A stretch of 18,739 nt of DNA from Fidelibacterota bacterium (GCA_034723415.1 JAYEOX010000134.1:3512-22250); one strand, 5' to 3'. Numbered from the stretch's first letter, positions 1 through 6,978 are shown. The notes: a model not told the origin generated them from the letters alone. Made by a program: numbers and translations.

Positions 1-300
1 GATATAATATTTATATTTTGACAATATCCAGTCATCATGTCTTCTAAAAACCAAGATTATTTTGGCAAAAGGGAATAGTTTTGAAATTTCATCTACTGTT
101 CTTTCGAGTTTTCTATCTTTTTCAGAAGAAAATAAATATTTACCGGAAAGTTCTGCTTTATCTAAGTCCTTGTATAATTTAAACTTGTGCTTACGATAAA
201 ATTTAACATCTGTTAAATTAGGAAATATTTCATACTGAACAAATGTAGATGCTGTTTTAGGCAGTCCCAGATGAAAATATATTTCATAATTTTGTTTCAT
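1..300 (-). CDS. Sulfotransferase-family protein, N-terminal part (runs off the window start; not in the ORF track)
   Basis: Manual translation from ATG at 300: MKQNYEIYFHLGLPKTASTFVQYEIFPNL...LFSSE...FPFAKIILVFRRHDDWILSKYKYYI, open to base 1. HLGLPKTAST matches the 5'-PSB loop and KIILVFR..W..S.Y the 3'-PB motif of PAPS-dependent sulfotransferases. An alternative in-frame ATG lies at 333. Confidence 0.75.
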   Translation of the reverse strand, partial: MKQNYEIYFHLGLPKTASTFVQYEIFPNLTDVKFYRKHKFKLYKDLDKAELSGKYLFSSEKDRKLERTVDEISKLFPFAKIILVFRRHDDWILSKYKYYI

Positions 301-415
301 TTGATAATTATTGTTCCATTTTAATGTTTTCATTAAAGTATCAACTAACGCTAAAATATATAATTAGAAATAAGTATTTCCAAAATAATTTCTATTTATT
401 TAATTAAACTTTTTC

Positions 416-444
416 TTGCAAAGCACCAAAAATAATTGTAATAT
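416..444 (+). promoter_or_regulatory. Candidate sigma70 promoter for the WD40-caspase gene
   Basis: TTGCAA (416-421), 17-bp spacer, TAATAT (439-444). AGAGGA ribosome-binding site shortly before the ATG at 518. The AT-rich context makes chance matches likely. Confidence 0.35.
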
Positions 445-517
445 TAAACAAATAAGAAAATATAATTATGATCTTTATGATCATTTATAATATTTTAAGT
501 AAAATAGAGAGGAATTT

Positions 518-2845
518 ATGAAAAAGGTAATAATACTAATTTTATTGTTTTTTACAAGTTCTGTTTTTGCTAATGAAATTACAGAATTCCAATTAATCAA
601 AACATTAAAAGATCATTCACGGTATGTTAATTCTGTCTCATTCAGTTCCGATGGTAAATATCTTGCTTCAGGGAGTTGGGATAATACAGTAAAAATATAT
701 TCTACTTCTGATTGGAGATTAATAAAGACATTAAAAGATCATTCAGGAAATGTTAATTCTGTCTTATTCAGTTCTGATGGACAATATTTTGCTTCGGGTA
801 GTGATGATAAAACTGTAAAAATATATTCCACACCTGATTGGCGGCTAATAACAACATTAAAAGATCATTCAAAGGGGGTTAATTCTGTTTCATTCAGTTC
901 TGATGGTAAATATCTTGCTTCGGGGAGTTATGATAAAACAGTAAAAATATATTCCACATATAATTGGAAGTTAATAAATTGGAGATTAATAAAAACATTA
1001 AAAGATCATTCAAGTTGGGTCCGTTCTATCTCATTCAGTTCTGATGGCAAATATCTTGCTTCGGGGAGTTATGATAAAACAGTAAAAATATATTCCACTT
1101 CTGATTGGAGATTAATAAAAACATTAAAAGATCATTCAGGGTATGTTATATCTGTTTCATTCACTTCTGATGGAAAGTATCTTGCTTCGGGTAGTTGGGA
1201 TAATACAGTAAAAATATATTTATATTCCACATATAATTGGAGATTAATAAAAACATTAGAAGATCATTCTGATATTTACTCTGTTTCATTCAGTTCTGAT
1301 GGGAAATATCTTGCTTCGGGTAGTGAGGATAAAACAGTAAAAATATATTCCACTTCTGATTGGAGATTAAGAAAAACATTAAAAGATCATTCACGGGATG
1401 TTGAATCTGTATCATTCAGTTCCGATGGTTTATATCTTGCTTCTGGAAGTGTGGATAATACTGTAAAAATATATTCTTTGCAATTGCCAAAAACAGATGA
1501 ATTCATTAAAGATTTCGTAGAAGAACACATTAATAAGTGGCAGAAAAAAGGTGAGTTTGAGAAAACCTCTACTTATAAAAAGAGAATGAGTAGAAGAGAT
1601 GAAAAAGCAAAAGAATATTTTGATGAAGCAAAAAACATATATGAAGCGAAAGTAAAAAAGTATTGGGTAGAGAGAAAAAAAGATTTTATTTCTCCTATTA
1701 TGAAAGGGGGTATAAATTTATTAGGAAATTATGATGCTGATAGAGAGACATTCAAATTAGATGTTTCTACAATTGGAGATATAGTTCTGAATGTTCCGAT
1801 TAAATATGCAAAGAGCTTTAAACAAAATGAAGATAAGTTGGAATTGAAAGAAGCAAAAGTTGTTAAACAGAAAAATGGATTTAAACTTTCGTCAGTTGAA
1901 ATTTATAATCCGGCAGATAATAAGGCATTTGTCTATAATACGAATGTGAAAGAAGAGTATAATCCACTTGCAGAGATGAATTTTGAATTTAAGCCGTATA
2001 ATTATAGTTTTGATAAGGTAGATATAGAATCGGAAGCTGTATCTAATATTCCAAAGAAAAAGCAGAAAGAGAGATACTATTTACTGAAAAATATGCCAAA
2101 AAATTCAAGAAAGAACAGAAATGCAGTTGCCGTAGTTATAGGAAATAAAAATTATAATAAGATAAATAATGTTGATTATGCAATTAATGATGCGAGATAT
2201 ATGAAGAAATATTTGATGGATACATTTGGATATTTGGAACAGAATATAATCTATGTTCCTGATGCATCGCAAGGAGATTTTATCGGAATTTTTGGAAAAG
2301 AGAATAATTATAAAGGTAGATTATATCGTAGTATTAGAAAAAATGAAAGTGATGTTTTTATCTATTATTCAGGACACGGAGCACCCGATGTAAATTCTAA
2401 AAAGGGATATTTCGTTCCTGTAGATTGTGATCCTGCAACTGTAGAATTAAATGGATATTCAATTGATCTGCTCTATAAAAATTTAAATAAACTTGATTAT
2501 AGAAAATTGACAGTTGTGATCGATGCCTGTTTTAGTGGAGAAAATACTTTAAAAAATGTTTCGCCTGTTTACATTAAAATTGACAATCCTGTTGTTGCAA
2601 AGAAAAATACAGCAATCTATTCATCAGCAAAAGGCAATCAATTATCGACTTGGTATCCGGAAGAGAAACATAGTTTATTTACATATTATTTTTTAAGAGG
2701 AATAAATAAATTTGGTATAAATGTGACGAATGAAAAATTATTTGATTATTTAGAAGAAGAAGTTTCATTTATGTCCGGCAAGTTGCATTCACGAGATCAG
2801 AATCCTACATTTAGTGGTGATAAGAGTGAATATTTGGTGAAGTAG
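518..2845 (+). CDS. Secreted WD40-repeat (7-blade) protein with C-terminal caspase-like peptidase C14 domain
   Basis: Signal peptide MKKVIILILLFFTSSVFA; seven HS..V.SV.FSSDG.YLASGS.D.TVKIY repeats; C-terminal AVAVVIGN..Y, YYSGHG (His620) and VIDACFSG (Cys671) caspase-fold dyad motifs, then SLFTYYFLRG and Q.P. Confidence 0.9.
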   Translation: MKKVIILILLFFTSSVFANEITEFQLIKTLKDHSRYVNSVSFSSDGKYLASGSWDNTVKIYSTSDWRLIKTLKDHSGNVNSVLFSSDGQYFASGSDDKTVKIYSTPDWRLITTLKDHSKGVNSVSFSSDGKYLASGSYDKTVKIYSTYNWKLINWRLIKTLKDHSSWVRSISFSSDGKYLASGSYDKTVKIYSTSDWRLIKTLKDHSGYVISVSFTSDGKYLASGSWDNTVKIYLYSTYNWRLIKTLEDHSDIYSVSFSSDGKYLASGSEDKTVKIYSTSDWRLRKTLKDHSRDVESVSFSSDGLYLASGSVDNTVKIYSLQLPKTDEFIKDFVEEHINKWQKKGEFEKTSTYKKRMSRRDEKAKEYFDEAKNIYEAKVKKYWVERKKDFISPIMKGGINLLGNYDADRETFKLDVSTIGDIVLNVPIKYAKSFKQNEDKLELKEAKVVKQKNGFKLSSVEIYNPADNKAFVYNTNVKEEYNPLAEMNFEFKPYNYSFDKVDIESEAVSNIPKKKQKERYYLLKNMPKNSRKNRNAVAVVIGNKNYNKINNVDYAINDARYMKKYLMDTFGYLEQNIIYVPDASQGDFIGIFGKENNYKGRLYRSIRKNESDVFIYYSGHGAPDVNSKKGYFVPVDCDPATVELNGYSIDLLYKNLNKLDYRKLTVVIDACFSGENTLKNVSPVYIKIDNPVVAKKNTAIYSSAKGNQLSTWYPEEKHSLFTYYFLRGINKFGINVTNEKLFDYLEEEVSFMSGKLHSRDQNPTFSGDKSEYLVK
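590..1476 (+). repeat. Seven intragenic ~126-bp tandem repeats encoding WD40 blades
   Basis: Anchor GATCATTC at 611, 737, 863, 1004, 1130, 1262, 1385 (spacings 126, 126, 141, 126, 132, 123), with high DNA similarity between units. Confidence 0.95.
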
Positions 2846-2851
2846 GGAAGG

Positions 2852-3059
2852 CACGAAAGGACTGGACTTTACCGCGGAGACACGGAGACGCAGAGGATGA
2901 AGATGAGGTTGAGGTTAAGGCTGAGGTTGAGAAATAAGCGGTTGCTGAGCGAAGTCGAAGCATAGCCACGAAAAATACACGAAAAAAATTTCACGAAAAA
3001 GATTTCACGCAAAGCTCGCAAAGAAGCAAAGAACGCAAAGATGTTTTAAGTTTGCAAAG
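2852..3059 (+). repeat. Stack of distinct purine-rich short tandem repeats
   Basis: CGCGGAGA-CACGGAGA-CGCAGAGG (2873-2896); TGAGGT-type hexamers (2904-2931); CACGAAA at 2852, 2967, 2978, 2992; GCAAAG at 3009, 3018, 3026, 3035, 3054. Confidence 0.8.
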
Positions 3060-3105
3060 AATAAATCTAAATAGCAACGAACAAAAACGAGCGGGAATTT
3101 GATAT

Positions 3106-3291
3106 GAATAGCCACAGGTTTTAACCTGTGGATGAAATGATGCTAACTCCAAAACAGGACTTTAGTCCGAAATAAACGAGTTTTTTTCGCCACGAAAATA
3201 CACGAAAAAATGTTGAGTTTAATAAATTTAGCTAAAGCCAGTATAGTTTATGTATTTATCATATTCCATAAGTTAATACTTTTGGCAATTC
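3106..3291. repeat. Inverted pair of REP-like palindromic elements
   Basis: GAATAGCCACAGGTTTTAACCTGTGG (3106-3131, perfect 9-bp arms CCACAGGTT/AACCTGTGG) matches the reverse complement of 3266-3291 (GAATTGCCAAAAGTATTAACTTATGG) at 20 of 26 positions. Confidence 0.65.
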
Positions 3292-3586
3292 AAAACAAAA
3301 TTGCTGAATCAGAACAGCACCCGAATTTTCGATTTGTGAAATGCGGAGCACATCTCAGCTGAAGTTAGTTTTATTTCCAAAACATCAAATCAATTAGTGT
3401 AATTAGCATAATTCGATAATTATATTCTCGAAAATTTTGTTTTTTCTAATTGTTATACATTTGTCTATTTAAATGATTGAATATTAGATCTTAAAATTTT
3501 CAAATAATCATTTGATTATAATAAAATAAAATAATAACTTATAAAGGAATATATTTTTGAAATCAAATTATTAAAAAGGAAAAAAC

Positions 3587-4945
3587 ATGAACAAATTCAT
3601 TTTCAGAGAATACGATATAAGAGGAATTGTAAAAGAAGATTTTACAGATGATGTAGTTATTGATCTTGGAAAGGGCTACGGAACTTGGCTTAAAAGGAAC
3701 AATGCTAAAAATTTGGCAATTAGCGGAGATATCAGAGATACAACTCCAAAATTGAAAAAATTATTTACAAAAGGAGTTTTATCTACAGGAATTGATGTTA
3801 TTGATATCGGAATTCTTCCAACTCCATTAAATTATTTCAGTATGTATAAAAGGGAAGTAGATGCAGCTGTTCAAATTACCGGCAGTCATAATCCTCCGGA
3901 ATTCAATGGATTCAAATTATCTTATGATAAACAGGCGTTTTTTGGGAGTCAAATACAAGAAATCAAAGAATTGATCATAAATAATGATTTTGAAAAAGGG
4001 GATGGAGAATTTTCTGAAGATGATAAAATTATATCTGAATATTTAGATGAAATTGTTGGAAAGATCAAAATTGAGAAACCTTTAAAAGTTGTCATTGATT
4101 CAGGAAATGCTTGTGGTGGATTAGTTGCTCCACAGATTTTCAAAAAAATCGGTATTGAAGTTACAGAATTATTTAGCAAAATTGATGGAAGTTTTCCGAA
4201 TCACCATCCGGATCCGACAGTAGAAGAAAATTTAAAATTTCTAATTGAGAAGATGAAGTCAGGAAAATACGATGTTGGAATTGCATACGATGGAGATGCA
4301 GACAGAGTCGGTGTTGTTGATGACAAGGGAAGAATAATTCAAGCAGATCAATTAATGGCAATATTTTTACCTGAAATTATTCAAGGAAAAGGCGAACCTA
4401 TTATTTTTGATGTAAAATGCAGCCAAGTTTTGGAAGATAGAATAAACGAATTAGGTGGAAAAGCCGTAATGTGGAAAACAGGTCATAGTATTCTTAAACA
4501 GAAGATGAGAGAGACAAATAGCCCATTTGGCGGCGAAATGAGCGGACACATATTTTTTGCCGATGATTATTATGGTTTTGACGATGCGATCTATGTATCT
4601 ACAAGATTGGCACAATTACTATCCGGATCAGATAAAAAAATGAGTGAATATTTAGATGAACTGCCAAGATTTTATTCTACACCGGAAATTAGAATGACTG
4701 CAGAATCAGATGAAGAGAAATTCAAAATTGCAAAAAAATCATTTGAATATTTTTCTAAAAACTATGATTGTATCACTATTGATGGCGTAAGAATTAAATT
4801 TGATGACGGATGGGGACTTGTCAGGGCATCAAATACTCAGCCGGTTATCGTGTTAAGATTTGAAGCGAATTCACCGGAAAAATTAGAAGAAATAAAGAAT
4901 ACAGTGATGGATAAATTGAAGAAATTTGGAGAATTGAAACAATAA
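3587..4945 (+). CDS. algC: Phosphomannomutase/phosphoglucomutase (AlgC-type)
   Basis: IFREYDIRG N-terminus, TGSHNP phosphoserine loop, FPNHHPDP, DGDADR metal loop, GEMSGH sugar loop, GLVRASNTQP. AAGGA RBS. Confidence 0.93.
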   Translation: MNKFIFREYDIRGIVKEDFTDDVVIDLGKGYGTWLKRNNAKNLAISGDIRDTTPKLKKLFTKGVLSTGIDVIDIGILPTPLNYFSMYKREVDAAVQITGSHNPPEFNGFKLSYDKQAFFGSQIQEIKELIINNDFEKGDGEFSEDDKIISEYLDEIVGKIKIEKPLKVVIDSGNACGGLVAPQIFKKIGIEVTELFSKIDGSFPNHHPDPTVEENLKFLIEKMKSGKYDVGIAYDGDADRVGVVDDKGRIIQADQLMAIFLPEIIQGKGEPIIFDVKCSQVLEDRINELGGKAVMWKTGHSILKQKMRETNSPFGGEMSGHIFFADDYYGFDDAIYVSTRLAQLLSGSDKKMSEYLDELPRFYSTPEIRMTAESDEEKFKIAKKSFEYFSKNYDCITIDGVRIKFDDGWGLVRASNTQPVIVLRFEANSPEKLEEIKNTVMDKLKKFGELKQ

Positions 4946-4951
4946 TAATAA

Positions 4952-5983
4952 ATGAATAATTTAGAAAAAAGAAAATTAGACCATCTAGAAGTATTTAATA
5001 CTCAAGATCCGGTTTTTTCAAATACGGAAACAGGATTTGAAAAATATAGGTTTATACCTCATACAGTTAATAATATTTCATTAAAAAATATCAGAACGGA
5101 AACAAGATTTTTAGGAAGAAAATTGTCATTTCCATTTATGATCAGTAGTATGAGCGGAGGAATAAAAGAAGCTTATGAATTAAATAATGATTTGTCAAAA
5201 ATTGCTGAGAATTTAAAAATTGCATTTGCCTTGGGCTCATTTAGATCAATGTTAGAATCAGGAAAAATAATGGAATCCTATTCAATTGCAAGAAAAAATG
5301 CGCCCTCGGTTCCAATATTAGCAAATATTGGTATTGGACAAGTAGCAAAAGGTGAATGGGAAAAAGGTCTTTTGTCAATTATTAAAGAGATGGAATTGGA
5401 TGGATTGTTTATTCATTTTAACAAACTTCAAGAATATATTCAGCAAGGTGGTAATACGGATTTCGACAATTTAGAAAATGAAATTAGACAAATAATTGAT
5501 GAAATTGAAATTCCTGTTATAGCGAAGGAGGTAGGAAACGGATTTTCTAAAAAAGATATTGAAAGTTTGATAAATTGGGGTTTTAAATATATTGATGTTT
5601 CCGGAGCCGGAGGAACTTCATGGGCGAAAGTAGAAGATTTTTTAGCATCAGAAGATAGTAAGATTGATTCATCGTTTTTTGAATGGGGAATTCCAACCTC
5701 GAATTCATTAAAATATTTAAATTCACAAAAACAAATATTTTCGATCGCGAGTGGTGGAATTGACAATCCGGAAACAATGTCAAAAGCACTTGCACTTGGG
5801 GCAAATATTACAAGCTCGGCAAGATTTATTTATCAAACTTATTATCAAAATGGGGCAGAATATTTAGAAAATAAATTATTGAAATGGCAAGAAACATTAA
5901 GAGCAATTATGTATTTAACCGGCATAAATAGTATTGAAGATTTTATTGGAAATAATGAAATAATAAGTGAAATAAATGAATAA
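4952..5983 (+). CDS. fni: Type 2 isopentenyl-diphosphate delta-isomerase (FMN-dependent)
   Basis: RKLDHL, SSMSGG, ANIG, HFNKLQE, KEVGNG, DVSGAGGTSW, WGIPT and ASGGI motifs. Confidence 0.93.
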   Translation: MNNLEKRKLDHLEVFNTQDPVFSNTETGFEKYRFIPHTVNNISLKNIRTETRFLGRKLSFPFMISSMSGGIKEAYELNNDLSKIAENLKIAFALGSFRSMLESGKIMESYSIARKNAPSVPILANIGIGQVAKGEWEKGLLSIIKEMELDGLFIHFNKLQEYIQQGGNTDFDNLENEIRQIIDEIEIPVIAKEVGNGFSKKDIESLINWGFKYIDVSGAGGTSWAKVEDFLASEDSKIDSSFFEWGIPTSNSLKYLNSQKQIFSIASGGIDNPETMSKALALGANITSSARFIYQTYYQNGAEYLENKLLKWQETLRAIMYLTGINSIEDFIGNNEIISEINE

Positions 5984-6953
5984 TTTTGAAAAAAAATATA
6001 CTGACTTTTTAAAATGGTTCAATGAGAAACTATTAAATTACAAAGTTCCAAAAGAACCAAAAGAATTTTATGAGCCGATAAAATATGCTTTAAGTGGAAC
6101 TGCTAAACGACTTCGACCAGCCATTTTAACCTTCGTTGGTGAAAGTTACGGATCTGATAAAAATGAACTATTTCCCGCAGCATTGTCAATAGAAATGATA
6201 CATAATTTTTCTCTTGTTCATGATGATATAATGGATAATGATTTGAAAAGGCACAGTCAAGTTTCACTACATAAAAAATGGAATGATAATATTGGAATTT
6301 TAGCCGGAGATGGAATTTATACAATTGCATTAAAAGAGCTATTATTTTATAAATCAGATTTACACTATGAAATTTCAAAAATATTATTAGAGAGTATTGT
6401 TCAGGTTTGTGAAGGGCAGAGCTATGATATTGAATTTTCTGATAGAAACGACATCACTCCTGAAGATTATTTAATGATGGTTGAGAAGAAAACAGGATAT
6501 TTGCTTGCTGTTTCCGCAGTTATAGGTGCAAAAATCGGTGGAGCATCAACAGCAGAACAAAAAATTATTAAAGATTATATGTTATTATTAGGAAAAATTT
6601 TTCAAATACAAGATGATCTATTAGAAATAACCGCAAGCTCTGAAAAAATGGGAAAATCACTTGGAAGCGACTTAGCTGAAGGTAAAAAAACATTCCCGGT
6701 AATAATTGCATATCAAATGGCTGATAATAAACAAATTAAAGAATTGGATAAAATTCTAATGAAAAATGAAATAAGTCAAAATGATATGATCTTATTTAGA
6801 AAGTTGATAAATAAAATTGGTGTGAAAAAGGAAATTGAAAATTATGTTCAAAAATTAAAACATAAATTAGATAATTTACTGCGGAAATTACCTCAAATAG
6901 TTGGAAATGAATTGGAATCCTTTACCAAATTCATACTTAATAGAACAAAATAG
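5976..6953 (+). CDS. Short-chain polyprenyl diphosphate synthase (GGPP synthase, IdsA-like)
   Basis: KRLRP, HNFSLVHDDIMD (first Asp-rich motif), ILAGD, EGQ..D, KKTG, FQIQDDLLE, GK..GSDL.EGKKT. Overlaps the fni stop by 8 bp. Confidence 0.9.
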   Translation: MNNFEKKYTDFLKWFNEKLLNYKVPKEPKEFYEPIKYALSGTAKRLRPAILTFVGESYGSDKNELFPAALSIEMIHNFSLVHDDIMDNDLKRHSQVSLHKKWNDNIGILAGDGIYTIALKELLFYKSDLHYEISKILLESIVQVCEGQSYDIEFSDRNDITPEDYLMMVEKKTGYLLAVSAVIGAKIGGASTAEQKIIKDYMLLLGKIFQIQDDLLEITASSEKMGKSLGSDLAEGKKTFPVIIAYQMADNKQIKELDKILMKNEISQNDMILFRKLINKIGVKKEIENYVQKLKHKLDNLLRKLPQIVGNELESFTKFILNRTK

Positions 6954-6978
6954 AAATTGATAAAATAAACGAGATATT

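Noticed and set aside
2897..2965. Small ORF MKMRLRLRLRLRNKRLLSEVEA with GGAG upstream
   Set aside because: It is fully explained by reading through the TGAGGT tandem repeat, the apparent RBS is part of the 8-mer repeat, and nothing else supports coding.
2846..3586. CRISPR array
   Set aside because: There is no constant repeat with regular unique spacers, the longest direct repeat has only two copies, and no cas genes are present.
518..3586. Diversity-generating retroelement acting on the WD40-caspase gene
   Set aside because: No reverse transcriptase is present, the intergenic region has no template-repeat copy of the gene, and repeat variation is not confined to adenines.
2846..3586. tRNA, riboswitch or known ncRNA
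   Set aside because: I could not recognise a cloverleaf or known aptamer core by eye. An Infernal/Rfam scan would be needed to exclude this fully.
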